In this document: positions 9,538 to 20,278 of the stretch, piece after piece | How the letters are laid out: the number at the start of each line of letters is the position of its first letter | How positions within the stretch are numbered: the first letter of the stretch is position 1 | Origin: Escherichia coli | GTDB lineage: Bacteria > Pseudomonadota > Gammaproteobacteria > Enterobacterales > Enterobacteriaceae | Length of the DNA: 49,222 nucleotides | Assembly: GCF_003334255.1 (NCBI RefSeq) | Contig: NZ_QOWU01000039.1 | Direction: 5' to 3' (one strand) | Translations under genes and position numbers: made by a program | Notes under the pieces: generated by a model | What the model saw: the letters and a program-made list of their open reading frames with translations, nothing else | The model's database searches: none | What the model was told of the DNA's origin: nothing

Positions 9538-10524
9538 GTGACCAGGACCAACCTCATCACCGGTTTTCTCGGCAGCGGGAAAACCACGTCGATTCTTCAT
9601 CTGTTAGCCCATAAAGATCCCAACGAAAAATGGGCGGTACTGGTTAATGAATTTGGGGAAGTCGGAATTGATGGTGCTTTGCTCGCCGATAGCGGCGCAT
9701 TGCTGAAAGAGATCCCCGGCGGCTGCATGTGCTGCGTTAATGGTTTACCCATGCAGGTAGGGTTGAATACCTTACTGCGTCAGGGAAAACCAGACCGCTT
9801 GTTGATAGAGCCGACCGGGCTGGGCCATCCGAAACAGATCCTCGATCTGTTAACCGCACCAGTCTATGAACCGTGGATAGATCTGCGCGCCACCTTGTGC
9901 ATTCTCGATCCGCGCTTGCTGCTGGACGAAAAAAGCGCCAGCAATGAAAACTTCCGTGACCAGCTGGCTGCCGCAGACATCATTGTCGCCAATAAATCCG
10001 ACCGTACGACGCCCGAAAGTGAGCAAGCGCTACAGCGTTGGTGGCAGCAAAATGGTGGCGATCGACAATTAATTCACAGTGAGCATGGGAAAGTTGACGG
10101 TCATCTTCTGGATTTGCCGCGTCGCAATTTAGCCGAGTTGCCCGCCAGCGCCGCGCATTCTCATCAGCATGTCGTGAAAAAAGGGTTAGCAGCGTTAAGC
10201 CTGCCAGAGCATCAACGCTGGCGTCGCAGTCTGAACAGCGGGCAAGGATATCAGGCCTGCGGCTGGATATTCGACGCTGATACGGTATTCGACACCATTG
10301 GCATTCTGGAATGGGCGCGACTTGCACCGGTGGAACGCGTCAAAGGCGTGCTGCGTATTCCCGAAGGGCTGGTGCGAATCAACCGTCAGGGCGATGACCT
10401 GCACATTGAAACGCAAAACGTTGCGCCACCGGACAGCCGTATTGAGCTGATTTCCAGCAGCGAAGCTGACTGGAATGCCTTGCAGAGCGCGCTGTTGAAG
10501 CTTCGTTTAGCGACTACCGCGTAA
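9538..10524 (+). CDS. yeiR: COG0523-family zinc-binding GTPase YeiR
   Basis: The 328-aa ORF starts with GTG. It has the P-loop GFLGSGKTT and the metal-binding motif GCMCC. Confidence 0.92.
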   Translation: MTRTNLITGFLGSGKTTSILHLLAHKDPNEKWAVLVNEFGEVGIDGALLADSGALLKEIPGGCMCCVNGLPMQVGLNTLLRQGKPDRLLIEPTGLGHPKQILDLLTAPVYEPWIDLRATLCILDPRLLLDEKSASNENFRDQLAAADIIVANKSDRTTPESEQALQRWWQQNGGDRQLIHSEHGKVDGHLLDLPRRNLAELPASAAHSHQHVVKKGLAALSLPEHQRWRRSLNSGQGYQACGWIFDADTVFDTIGILEWARLAPVERVKGVLRIPEGLVRINRQGDDLHIETQNVAPPDSRIELISSSEADWNALQSALLKLRLATTA

Positions 10525-10562
10525 GGTTGCCTGCGTTTTTCAGTAAGATAATTAGAGAAAAT

Positions 10563-11276
10563 ATGATTAAAAATTTGCCGCAAATAGTGTTGTTGAATAT
10601 TGTCGGCCTCGCGCTGTTTCTTTCCTGGTATATCCCCGTTAATCATGGATTCTGGTTGCCGATTGATGCGGATATTTTTTATTTCTTTAATCAGAAACTG
10701 GTCGAAAGTAAGGCCTTTTTGTGGCTGGTTGCATTGACCAACAATCGCGCCTTCGACGGTTGTTCACTGCTGGCGATGGGTATGTTGATGCTGAGTTTCT
10801 GGCTGAAAGAAAACGCCCCTGGCAGACGACGTATCGTGATTATTGGTCTGGTCATGCTATTAACTGCAGTGGTATTAAACCAGCTGGGTCAGGCATTAAT
10901 TCCTGTAAAACGGGCCAGCCCAACATTGACTTTTACCGATATTAACCGCGTCAGCGAACTGCTCTCTGTTCCCACGAAAGATGCCTCACGAGATAGCTTT
11001 CCCGGCGATCACGGCATGATGCTGCTTATTTTTTCGGCATTCATGTGGCGTTATTTCGGCAAAGTTGCAGGCCTTATCGCCCTTATTATTTTTGTGGTTT
11101 TTGCATTTCCCAGAGTAATGATTGGCGCACACTGGTTTACTGACATCATTGTCGGTTCGATGACCGTGATATTGATCGGTTTGCCCTGGGTGTTGCTGAC
11201 GCCATTAAGTGATCGATTAATCACCTTTTTTGACAAATCACTACCAGGAAAAAACAAACATTTCCAAAACAAATAA
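10563..11276 (+). CDS. lpxT: lipid A 1-diphosphate synthase LpxT (YeiU), PAP2 family
   Basis: The 237-aa product starts MIKNLPQIVLLNIVG... and carries PAP2 motifs (SFPGDHG, HWFTD). The ATG is at 10563, inside track ORF 10527-11276. Confidence 0.92.
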   Translation: MIKNLPQIVLLNIVGLALFLSWYIPVNHGFWLPIDADIFYFFNQKLVESKAFLWLVALTNNRAFDGCSLLAMGMLMLSFWLKENAPGRRRIVIIGLVMLLTAVVLNQLGQALIPVKRASPTLTFTDINRVSELLSVPTKDASRDSFPGDHGMMLLIFSAFMWRYFGKVAGLIALIIFVVFAFPRVMIGAHWFTDIIVGSMTVILIGLPWVLLTPLSDRLITFFDKSLPGKNKHFQNK

Positions 11277-11687
11277 CTCACAGTAATTAACATCATCAGG
11301 GTTATTTTTATAGTGAGGATAATCCTGATGATGCGCACCGTGCTTTCATCTATCGAACGCAAAAATCATTCTCTAAGTAAATGAATGGATTGCATGCGTT
11401 TCACTCAATTGTACTTTAATTGACCAACCCCGCTTATTAACTTTCTGTATCACTTTTTCTTATAAAAAATCATGTAAAACCGCTCGCCAAGACCGCACCA
11501 ATCGGGTAATCTCGAACTCGTTTTGCCTCGGCGGTAGATTATCCTCACAGCATATAATTTTGTGCGTTAGTCCACAGATTTGGCCTTAAGGAATTGTTTC
11601 AACATGCCCAGGTAATTAGTCTCGTGTCGCTTGGCATTTTTTTATAACGATATTTGTCGTTAAGGACTTCAAGGGAAAACAAACAAC

Positions 11688-12254
11688 ATGGTCAAATCTC
11701 AACCGATTTTGAGATATATCTTGCGCGGGATTCCCGCGATTGCAGTAGCGGTTCTGCTTTCTGCATGTAGTGCAAATAACACCGCAAAGAATATGCATCC
11801 TGAGACACGTGCAGTGGGTAGTGAAACATCATCACTGCAAGCTTCTCAGGATGAATTTGAAAACCTGGTTCGTAATGTCGACGTAAAATCGCGAATTATG
11901 GATCAGTATGCTGACTGGAAAGGCGTACGTTATCGTCTGGGCGGCAGCACTAAAAAAGGTATCGATTGTTCTGGTTTCGTACAGCGTACATTCCGTGAGC
12001 AATTTGGCTTAGAACTTCCGCGTTCGACTTACGAACAGCAGGAAATGGGTAAATCTGTTTCCCGCAGTAATTTGCGTACGGGTGATTTAGTTCTGTTCCG
12101 TGCCGGTTCAACGGGACGCCATGTCGGTATTTATATCGGCAACAATCAGTTTGTCCATGCTTCCACCAGCAGTGGTGTTATTATTTCCAGCATGAATGAA
12201 CCGTACTGGAAGAAGCGTTACAACGAAGCACGCCGGGTTCTCAGCCGCAGCTAA
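11688..12254 (+). CDS. mepS: peptidoglycan DD-endopeptidase / LD-carboxypeptidase lipoprotein MepS (Spr), NlpC/P60
   Basis: The 188-aa ORF has the lipobox LLSAC and the NlpC/P60 catalytic Cys in GIDCSGFV. Confidence 0.95.
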
Positions 12255-12300
12255 TAAACCGTTTGGATGCAATCCCTTGGCTATCCTGACGAGTTAACTG

Positions 12301-12328
12301 AAAGCACTGCTTAGGCAGTGCTTTTTTG
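12301..12328 (+). terminator. rho-independent terminator after mepS
   Basis: AAAGCACTGC-ttag-GCAGTGCTTT hairpin followed by a T-run. Confidence 0.8.
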
Positions 12329-12434
12329 TTTTCATTCATCAGAGAAAATGATGTTTCCGCGTCTTGATCCAGGCTATAGTCCGGTCATTGTTATCTTTTA
12401 AATGTTGTCGTAATTTCAGGAAATTAACGGAATC

Positions 12435-13991
12435 ATGTTCATACGCGCTCCCAATTTTGGACGTAAGCTCCTGCTTACCTGCATTGTTGCAGGCGTAATG
12501 ATTGCGATACTGGTGAGTTGCCTTCAGTTTTTAGTGGCCTGGCATAAGCACGAAGTCAAATACGACACACTGATTACCGACGTACAAAAGTATCTCGATA
12601 CCTATTTTGCCGACCTGAAATCCACTACTGACCGGCTCCAGCCGCTGACCTTAGATACCTGCCAGCAAGCTAACCCCGAACTGACCGCCCGCGCAGCGTT
12701 TAGCATGAATGTCCGAACGTTTGTGCTGGTGAAAGATAAAAAAACATTCTGTTCATCTGCGACCGGTGAGATGGACATTCCACTCAATGAATTGATTCCG
12801 GCGCTCGACATTAATAAAAACGTCGATATGGCGATCTTACCCGGCACGCCGATGGTGCCGAACAAACCCGCAATCGTCATCTGGTATCGCAACCCTTTGC
12901 TGAAAAATAGCGGCGTCTTTGCCGCTCTGAATCTCAACCTGACGCCTTCACTCTTTTATAGTTCACGGCAGGAAGATTACGATGGCGTCGCCCTCATTAT
13001 TGGCAATACTGCGCTATCTACCTTTTCTTCACGTTTGATGAACGTTAACGAATTAACCGACATGCCAGTCCGTGAAACTAAAATTGCGGGCATTCCTCTG
13101 ACCGTTCGGCTTTATGCAGATGACTGGACATGGAACGATGTGTGGTACGCATTTTTACTGGGCGGCATGAGTGGAACTGTCGTTGGCCTGCTCTGCTATT
13201 ACCTGATGAGCGTACGTATGCGCCCCGGCAGAGAAATCATGACCGCCATCAAGCGCGAACAATTTTACGTGGCGTATCAACCGGTGGTGGATACACAAGC
13301 TTTGCGAGTAACGGGCCTGGAAGTACTGCTACGCTGGCGGCATCCTGTCGCGGGAGAAATTCCCCCGGATGCCTTCATTAACTTTGCCGAATCGCAAAAG
13401 ATGATTGTGCCGCTGACTCAGCACCTGTTTGAGTTAATTGCCCGCGATGCCGCAGAATTAGAAAAAGTGCTGCCGGTAGGCGTCAAATTTGGTATTAACA
13501 TTGCGCCGGACCATCTGCACAGCGAAAGCTTTAAAGCAGATATCCAGAAACTGCTCACTTCCCTGCCCGCACACCATTTCCAGATTGTGCTGGAAATTAC
13601 CGAGCGCGATATGTTGAAAGAGCAAGAAGCCACACAACTCTTCGCCTGGCTGCACTCGGTCGGCGTAGAAATTGCTATTGATGACTTCGGCACCGGGCAC
13701 AGCGCGCTTATCTATCTTGAGCGTTTTACGCTCGATTATCTGAAAATTGACCGTGGATTTATCAACGCCATCGGTACGGAAACGATCACTTCCCCCGTAC
13801 TTGACGCGGTGCTGACGCTGGCGAAACGCCTCAATATGCTGACGGTTGCTGAAGGGGTCGAAACGCCGGAACAGGCGCGATGGCTAAGCGAACGCGGCGT
13901 TAATTTCATGCAAGGCTACTGGATTAGCCGCCCGTTACCGCTGGACGATTTTGTTCGCTGGCTAAAGAAACCGTATACGCCGCAGTGGTAA
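12435..13991 (+). CDS. pdeN: c-di-GMP phosphodiesterase PdeN (Rtn); periplasmic CSS-type domain plus EAL domain
   Basis: The 518-aa ORF has an N-terminal TM segment, a second TM segment near residue 240, and a C-terminal EAL domain (EVLLRW, DDFGTG, KIDRGF). Confidence 0.92.
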   Translation: MFIRAPNFGRKLLLTCIVAGVMIAILVSCLQFLVAWHKHEVKYDTLITDVQKYLDTYFADLKSTTDRLQPLTLDTCQQANPELTARAAFSMNVRTFVLVKDKKTFCSSATGEMDIPLNELIPALDINKNVDMAILPGTPMVPNKPAIVIWYRNPLLKNSGVFAALNLNLTPSLFYSSRQEDYDGVALIIGNTALSTFSSRLMNVNELTDMPVRETKIAGIPLTVRLYADDWTWNDVWYAFLLGGMSGTVVGLLCYYLMSVRMRPGREIMTAIKREQFYVAYQPVVDTQALRVTGLEVLLRWRHPVAGEIPPDAFINFAESQKMIVPLTQHLFELIARDAAELEKVLPVGVKFGINIAPDHLHSESFKADIQKLLTSLPAHHFQIVLEITERDMLKEQEATQLFAWLHSVGVEIAIDDFGTGHSALIYLERFTLDYLKIDRGFINAIGTETITSPVLDAVLTLAKRLNMLTVAEGVETPEQARWLSERGVNFMQGYWISRPLPLDDFVRWLKKPYTPQW

Positions 13992-14072
13992 GGTGTGCTT
14001 ACGTCCCTTATTATTCATAGTGAAAGCATGCCGGATTGCGGCTAATGATGAGTAAAAGGAAATCCGTTGCAG

Positions 14073-15887
14073 ATGATTGTGCGCATACTGCTGCTGTTTA
14101 TCGCTCTGTTCACCTTTGGTGTGCAGGCGCAGGCTATCAAGGAAAGCTATGCCTTTGCCGTGCTGGGCGAACCCCGGTACGCGTTTAATTTCAACCATTT
14201 TGATTATGTGAACCCCGCCGCGCCAAAAGGTGGGCAGATAACGTTGTCAGCCCTCGGCACCTTCGATAATTTCAACCGCTATGCACTGCGCGGCAACCCG
14301 GGCGCACGCACCGAGCAGCTGTACGACACGCTATTTACGACTTCCGATGACGAACCAGGCAGTTATTACCCGCTGATTGCTGAAAGCGCACGCTATGCTG
14401 ACGATTATTCCTGGGTGGAGGTCGCTATTAATCCGCGCGCCCGTTTTCATGATGGTTCGCCCATTACTGCCCGCGATGTAGAGTTTACTTTTCAAAAATT
14501 TATGACCGAAGGCGTGCCGCAATTTCGTCTGGTCTACAAAGGCACCACCGTCAAAGCCATTGCACCGTTAACCGTGCGCATTGAGTTAGCTAAACCCGGC
14601 AAAGAAGATATGCTGAGTCTGTTTTCGCTGCCGGTATTTCCAGAAAAGTACTGGAAGGATCACAAACTTAGCGACCCGCTCGCCACGCCTCCGCTTGCCA
14701 GTGGTCCGTACCGCGTTACGTCCTGGAAAATGGGGCAAAATATTGTCTATTCCCGTGTGAAAGATTACTGGGCAGCAAACTTACCGGTAAACCGTGGACG
14801 CTGGAATTTCGACACCATTCGCTACGATTATTACCTCGATGATAATGTCGCCTTTGAAGCGTTTAAAGCAGGTGCCTTTGATTTGCGTATGGAAAACGAC
14901 GCCAAAAACTGGGCCACGCGTTATACCGGTAAAAATTTCGATAAAAAATACATCATCAAAGATGAGCAAAAGAACGAATCAGCCCAGGATACGCGTTGGC
15001 TGGCGTTTAATATCCAACGTCCGGTATTCAGCGATCGCCGGGTCCGGGAAGCTATCACTCTCGCCTTTGACTTTGAATGGATGAACAAGGCGTTGTTTTA
15101 CAATGCCTGGAGTCGCACGAACAGTTATTTTCAGAATACCGAATACGCGGCCAGAAATTACCCCGACGCCGCGGAGCTGGTGCTTCTGGCACCAATGAAA
15201 AAAGATCTACCGTCAGAAGTCTTCACACAAATCTACCAGCCGCCGGTATCCAAAGGCGATGGCTACGATCGTGACAACCTGTTAAAAGCCGACAAACTTC
15301 TCAACGAAGCGGGCTGGGTGCTGAAGGGTCAGCAACGCGTTAATGCCACAACGGGTCAGCCACTCAGCTTTGAATTATTGCTTCCCGCAAGCAGCAATAG
15401 TCAGTGGGTATTGCCGTTCCAGCACAGCCTGCAACGGCTGGGTATCAACATGGACATTCGCAAGGTGGATAACTCGCAAATCACTAACCGCATGCGCAGT
15501 CGCGACTATGACATGATGCCGCGCGTATGGCGGGCGATGCCGTGGCCCAGTTCCGATTTACAGATTTCCTGGTCATCGGAATATATCAATTCCACTTATA
15601 ATGCCCCCGGCGTGCAAAGCCCGGTTATCGACTCGCTGATCAACCAAATTATTGCCGCGCAGGGAAATAAAGAAAAATTACTGCCGTTGGGGCGAGCACT
15701 GGATCGCGTATTAACGTGGAATTATTACATGCTGCCAATGTGGTACATGGCGGAAGACCGTCTCGCCTGGTGGGATAAATTCTCCCAGCCGGCCGTGCGC
15801 CCCATCTATAGCCTCGGTATCGATACCTGGTGGTATGACGTCAATAAAGCGGCCAAACTGCCGTCCGCCAGCAAACAGGGAGAGTAG
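14073..15887 (+). CDS. yejA: periplasmic substrate-binding protein of the YejABEF peptide/microcin C ABC importer
   Basis: The 604-aa product starts MIVRILLLFIALFTFGVQAQA (signal peptide). I used the ATG at 14073 inside the track ORF, which starts at a TTG at 14067. Confidence 0.93.
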   Translation: MIVRILLLFIALFTFGVQAQAIKESYAFAVLGEPRYAFNFNHFDYVNPAAPKGGQITLSALGTFDNFNRYALRGNPGARTEQLYDTLFTTSDDEPGSYYPLIAESARYADDYSWVEVAINPRARFHDGSPITARDVEFTFQKFMTEGVPQFRLVYKGTTVKAIAPLTVRIELAKPGKEDMLSLFSLPVFPEKYWKDHKLSDPLATPPLASGPYRVTSWKMGQNIVYSRVKDYWAANLPVNRGRWNFDTIRYDYYLDDNVAFEAFKAGAFDLRMENDAKNWATRYTGKNFDKKYIIKDEQKNESAQDTRWLAFNIQRPVFSDRRVREAITLAFDFEWMNKALFYNAWSRTNSYFQNTEYAARNYPDAAELVLLAPMKKDLPSEVFTQIYQPPVSKGDGYDRDNLLKADKLLNEAGWVLKGQQRVNATTGQPLSFELLLPASSNSQWVLPFQHSLQRLGINMDIRKVDNSQITNRMRSRDYDMMPRVWRAMPWPSSDLQISWSSEYINSTYNAPGVQSPVIDSLINQIIAAQGNKEKLLPLGRALDRVLTWNYYMLPMWYMAEDRLAWWDKFSQPAVRPIYSLGIDTWWYDVNKAAKLPSASKQGE

Positions 15888-16982
15888 ATGGGCGCTTACC
15901 TGATTCGCCGTCTGTTGCTGGTGATCCCAACATTATGGGCGATTATCACCATCAACTTTTTCATCGTGCAAATTGCGCCTGGCGGTCCGGTCGACCAGGC
16001 CATCGCCGCCATTGAGTTTGGTAATGCCGGAGTATTACCCGGCGCAGGCGGTGAAGGTGTTCGTGCCAGCCATGCGCAAACGGGTGTCGGCAATATCAGC
16101 GACAGTAATTACCGTGGCGGACGCGGATTAGATCCAGAAGTGATCGCTGAGATCACTCATCGCTACGGTTTTGATAAGCCGATCCACGAACGTTACTTCA
16201 AAATGCTCTGGGACTACATCCGCTTTGATTTTGGCGATAGCCTGTTTCGCAGCGCCTCGGTGCTGACGCTGATTAAAGACAGTCTGCCGGTTTCCATCAC
16301 CCTCGGATTGTGGAGCACGCTGATTATCTATCTGGTGTCGATTCCGTTAGGCATTCGCAAAGCTGTTTATAATGGGAGCCGCTTTGACGGCTGGAGTAGC
16401 GCATTTATCATCATCGGCTACGCCATTCCGGCCTTTTTGTTTGCCATCCTGCTGATTGTCTTCTTCGCGGGCGGCAGCTATTTCGACCTGTTCCCTCTAC
16501 GCGGCCTGGTTTCCGCTAACTTTGATTCGCTGCCGTGGTATCAGAAAATCACCGATTATCTGTGGCATATCACGCTGCCGGTGCTGGCGACAGTGATTGG
16601 TGGCTTTGCGGCGCTGACCATGCTGACAAAAAACTCATTCCTTGATGAAGTGCGCAAGCAATACGTGGTGACCGCGCGTGCGAAAGGGGTAAGTGAAAAA
16701 AATATTCTCTGGAAACATGTGTTCCGCAACGCCATGCTGCTGGTGATTGCCGGTTTTCCGGCGACGTTTATCAGCATGTTTTTTACCGGCTCGCTGCTGA
16801 TTGAGGTGATGTTTTCACTCAATGGTCTGGGCTTACTGGGCTACGAAGCGACCGTCTCGCGCGATTATCCTGTAATGTTTGGTACCTTGTATATTTTCAC
16901 CCTGATTGGCCTGCTGCTGAATATTGTCAGTGATATCAGCTATACGCTGGTTGATCCGCGTATTGATTTTGAGGGACGTTAA
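15888..16982 (+). CDS. yejB: ABC importer permease YejB
   Basis: The 364-aa polytopic ORF starts 1 nt after the yejA stop. Confidence 0.93.
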   Translation: MGAYLIRRLLLVIPTLWAIITINFFIVQIAPGGPVDQAIAAIEFGNAGVLPGAGGEGVRASHAQTGVGNISDSNYRGGRGLDPEVIAEITHRYGFDKPIHERYFKMLWDYIRFDFGDSLFRSASVLTLIKDSLPVSITLGLWSTLIIYLVSIPLGIRKAVYNGSRFDGWSSAFIIIGYAIPAFLFAILLIVFFAGGSYFDLFPLRGLVSANFDSLPWYQKITDYLWHITLPVLATVIGGFAALTMLTKNSFLDEVRKQYVVTARAKGVSEKNILWKHVFRNAMLLVIAGFPATFISMFFTGSLLIEVMFSLNGLGLLGYEATVSRDYPVMFGTLYIFTLIGLLLNIVSDISYTLVDPRIDFEGR

Positions 16983-18007
16983 TGTCGCGACTCAGCCCCG
17001 TCAATCAGGCCCGTTGGGCGCGTTTTCGTCATAACCGTCGCGGCTACTGGTCGTTATGGATTTTCCTCGTCTTGTTTGGTTTGAGTTTGTGTTCTGAACT
17101 TATCGCCAACGATAAACCGTTGCTGGTGCGTTATGACGGCAGTTGGTATTTCCCGTTATTGAAAAACTACAGCGAAAGCGATTTTGGCGGCCCGCTGGCA
17201 AGTCAGGCTGATTATCAGGACCCGTGGCTGAAACAACGGCTGGAAAATAACGGCTGGGTACTGTGGGCACCGATTCGCTTTGGTGCTACCAGTATCAACT
17301 TTGCTACCGATAAGCCCTTCCCTTCTCCACCCTCCCGGCAAAACTGGCTGGGAACGGATGCCAACGGCGGCGATGTGCTGGCACGCATTCTCTATGGCAC
17401 GCGGATCTCGGTTCTGTTTGGCCTGATGCTGACTCTCTGTTCCAGCGTGATGGGCGTGCTGGCGGGGGCGCTACAAGGCTATTACGGCGGTAAAGTCGAT
17501 CTCTGGGGACAACGCTTTATTGAAGTATGGTCGGGGATGCCGACGCTGTTTTTGATTATTTTACTTTCCAGCGTCGTACAGCCTAACTTCTGGTGGCTGC
17601 TGGCAATTACTGTCTTGTTTGGCTGGATGAGTCTGGTCGGCGTGGTGCGGGCGGAGTTTTTACGTACTCGTAATTTCGACTACATTCGTGCGGCACAGGC
17701 GCTTGGCGTCAGCGATCGCAGTATCATCCTGCGTCATATGTTGCCTAATGCCATGGTCGCGACCCTCACCTTTTTACCGTTTATTTTATGTAGTTCGATA
17801 ACCACCCTGACCTCGCTCGATTTCCTCGGCTTCGGTCTACCGCTCGGTTCACCGTCACTCGGTGAACTGCTGTTACAAGGGAAAAATAACCTTCAGGCCC
17901 CGTGGCTTGGGATCACCGCCTTCTTGTCGGTGGCGATATTATTGTCTTTGCTGATCTTTATTGGTGAAGCCGTCCGCGACGCATTTGATCCTAATAAGGC
18001 GGTGTAG
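16982..18007 (+). CDS. yejE: ABC importer permease YejE
   Basis: The 341-aa polytopic ORF has its start overlapping the yejB stop (TAATG). Confidence 0.93.
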   Translation: MSRLSPVNQARWARFRHNRRGYWSLWIFLVLFGLSLCSELIANDKPLLVRYDGSWYFPLLKNYSESDFGGPLASQADYQDPWLKQRLENNGWVLWAPIRFGATSINFATDKPFPSPPSRQNWLGTDANGGDVLARILYGTRISVLFGLMLTLCSSVMGVLAGALQGYYGGKVDLWGQRFIEVWSGMPTLFLIILLSSVVQPNFWWLLAITVLFGWMSLVGVVRAEFLRTRNFDYIRAAQALGVSDRSIILRHMLPNAMVATLTFLPFILCSSITTLTSLDFLGFGLPLGSPSLGELLLQGKNNLQAPWLGITAFLSVAILLSLLIFIGEAVRDAFDPNKAV

Positions 18008-18008
18008 C

Positions 18009-19598
18009 ATGACGCAAACTCTGTTAGCGATTGAAAATTTGTCGGTGGGTTTTCGCCATCAGCAAACCGTACGTACAGTAGTCAATGATGTTTCACTACA
18101 GATTGAGGCTGGCGAAACGCTGGCGCTGGTGGGTGAGTCAGGTTCAGGCAAAAGCGTTACCGCGCTGTCAATTTTACGCCTGCTCCCTTCCCCGCCGGTT
18201 GAATATCTCTCCGGCGATATTCGTTTTCATGGCGAATCGCTGCTTCACGCCAGCGATCAAACGTTGCGCGGTGTACGCGGTAATAAGATCGCCATGATTT
18301 TTCAGGAACCGATGGTGTCGTTAAATCCATTGCATACCCTGGAAAAACAGCTTTATGAAGTGCTTTCACTCCACCGCGGGATGCGTCGGGAAGCGGCTCG
18401 TGGCGAAATTCTTAACTGCCTTGATCGCGTTGGTATCCGCCAGGCGGCAAAACGGCTGACAGATTATCCGCATCAGCTCTCCGGCGGCGAACGGCAGCGG
18501 GTGATGATTGCGATGGCGCTGTTAACGCGACCGGAATTATTAATTGCCGATGAACCGACCACCGCACTGGACGTCTCTGTCCAGGCGCAGATTTTACAGC
18601 TGTTGCGCGAACTGCAAGGCGAGCTGAATATGGGCATGCTGTTTATTACTCATAACCTCAGCATTGTCAGAAAACTGGCCCACCGCGTGGCGGTAATGCA
18701 AAACGGTCGCTGTGTCGAGCAAAATTACGCCGCTACGCTATTTGCATCACCCACTCATCCTTACACACAAAAGCTACTCAACAGTGAACCGTCAGGCGAT
18801 CCAGTGCCGTTGCCAGAACCTGCCTCAACGTTGCTGGATGTTGAACAGCTTCAGGTTGCCTTCCCCATTCGCAAAGGGATTTTGAAGCGCATTGTGGATC
18901 ATAATGTGGTGGTGAAAAACATCAGTTTTACGCTACGAGCGGGTGAAACACTGGGTTTAGTGGGCGAGTCCGGTTCCGGGAAAAGTACGACGGGACTGGC
19001 GCTGCTGCGACTGATTAATTCTCAGGGCAGCATCATCTTTGACGGTCAGCCACTGCAAAATTTAAATCGCCGCCAGCTGTTACCTATTCGTCATCGCATT
19101 CAGGTGGTATTTCAGGATCCAAACTCCTCGCTCAACCCACGACTCAACGTTTTGCAGATTATTGAGGAAGGCTTACGGGTTCACCAGCCGACGCTTTCTG
19201 CCGCACAACGCGAACAACAAGTGATAGCCGTGATGCATGAAGTGGGATTAGATCCTGAAACACGCCACCGTTATCCGGCGGAGTTCTCTGGTGGTCAGCG
19301 ACAACGTATTGCGATTGCCAGGGCATTAATTCTTAAGCCCTCGCTGATCATACTTGATGAACCGACATCATCACTCGACAAAACGGTACAGGCGCAAATA
19401 TTGACGCTATTGAAATCATTGCAACAAAAGCATCAACTGGCCTATTTGTTTATCAGCCACGATTTGCACGTTGTCCGCGCGTTATGTCATCAGGTTATCA
19501 TACTGCGACAAGGGGAAGTAGTGGAACAAGGACCGTGCGCGCGCGTGTTTGCCACACCGCAGCAGGAGTATACGCGTCAGCTACTGGCGTTGAGCTGA
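18009..19598 (+). CDS. yejF: fused double ATPase of the YejABEF importer
   Basis: The 529-aa product starts MTQTLLAIENLSVGF. It has two Walker A motifs (GESGSGKS twice) and two LSGG signatures. The ATG is at 18009, inside track ORF 17961-19598. Confidence 0.94.
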   Translation: MTQTLLAIENLSVGFRHQQTVRTVVNDVSLQIEAGETLALVGESGSGKSVTALSILRLLPSPPVEYLSGDIRFHGESLLHASDQTLRGVRGNKIAMIFQEPMVSLNPLHTLEKQLYEVLSLHRGMRREAARGEILNCLDRVGIRQAAKRLTDYPHQLSGGERQRVMIAMALLTRPELLIADEPTTALDVSVQAQILQLLRELQGELNMGMLFITHNLSIVRKLAHRVAVMQNGRCVEQNYAATLFASPTHPYTQKLLNSEPSGDPVPLPEPASTLLDVEQLQVAFPIRKGILKRIVDHNVVVKNISFTLRAGETLGLVGESGSGKSTTGLALLRLINSQGSIIFDGQPLQNLNRRQLLPIRHRIQVVFQDPNSSLNPRLNVLQIIEEGLRVHQPTLSAAQREQQVIAVMHEVGLDPETRHRYPAEFSGGQRQRIAIARALILKPSLIILDEPTSSLDKTVQAQILTLLKSLQQKHQLAYLFISHDLHVVRALCHQVIILRQGEVVEQGPCARVFATPQQEYTRQLLALS

Positions 19599-19601
19599 CG
19601 C

Positions 19602-19946
19602 TTAAAAAGGATTGTAGTTTGAAAAGGGTTCGGCAATTGCCACACCAAAATTTTTCAATCGGCATGTTGCAGCAAACTCGTCCTGGCGATTTACAAACAG
19701 GCACGGCTCACCTTCACACTCCAGCACCGAACATGGAACTTCGATGTCGCTTAACGCCTGGCTTAGTTTATACATCACCGACCATGCATTATCACCATCC
19801 GGGCTAAGCAATTTAAGCGCCACCAGGCTGTTGTCACCGCACGGTCCATTTTGCGGAATCGGTTCAACCTTCGAACCTGCGAAACCAGCAGACCAGCGAT
19901 AGTTCTGCGGCAGTCGATGGACGATTGAGAGTTGTAATGAAGTCAC
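19602..19946 (-). CDS. yejG: uncharacterised cytoplasmic protein YejG
   Basis: The 114-aa [21 protein letters not shown]... has no signal peptide or TM segment. It is convergent with yejF. Confidence 0.85.
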
Positions 19947-20237
19947 TTATTTTCCCCGGAAGCACATTCACTTCACAATTTGTTTACATCAATTTTAACA
20001 CATCATCGACAATCCGTCTTTATACAGATCGTAAAGATTGATGCCTCGCCTGCGTGGCCTCTATGGCTCTGATTTAAGTAATATCTGCGGGCGTGGTCAC
20101 GTTTGCGGGGCTATATGTACCCGTTTCTGCGATCTAACTCAACCTTTTTAACTACAATGATGTGACTTTTTACATAAATTGATTTTACATAAAATAAACA
20201 TATATCGGGGGAATGATAGATTTGTGGTTGACATGCA

Positions 20238-20263
20238 TCAACAAAGGAAGCCTTTTAGCTTCC
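20238..20263 (-). terminator. probable terminator after bcr
   Basis: The minus strand reads GGAAGC-taaaag-GCTTCC followed by TTTGTTGAT, a weak U-tract. Confidence 0.5.
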
Positions 20264-20278
20264 TCGTTGTGCAATAGA

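Noticed and set aside
11291-11333. Inverted repeat CATCATCAGGGTTAT...ATAATCCTGATGATG after lpxT, inside the long (411-bp) lpxT-mepS spacer; a possible sRNA or mobile-element scar
   Set aside because: It is most simply the lpxT 3' stem-loop. The spacer length equals what I recall for K-12, so nothing is inserted. I could not support any promoter-plus-terminator pair for an sRNA.
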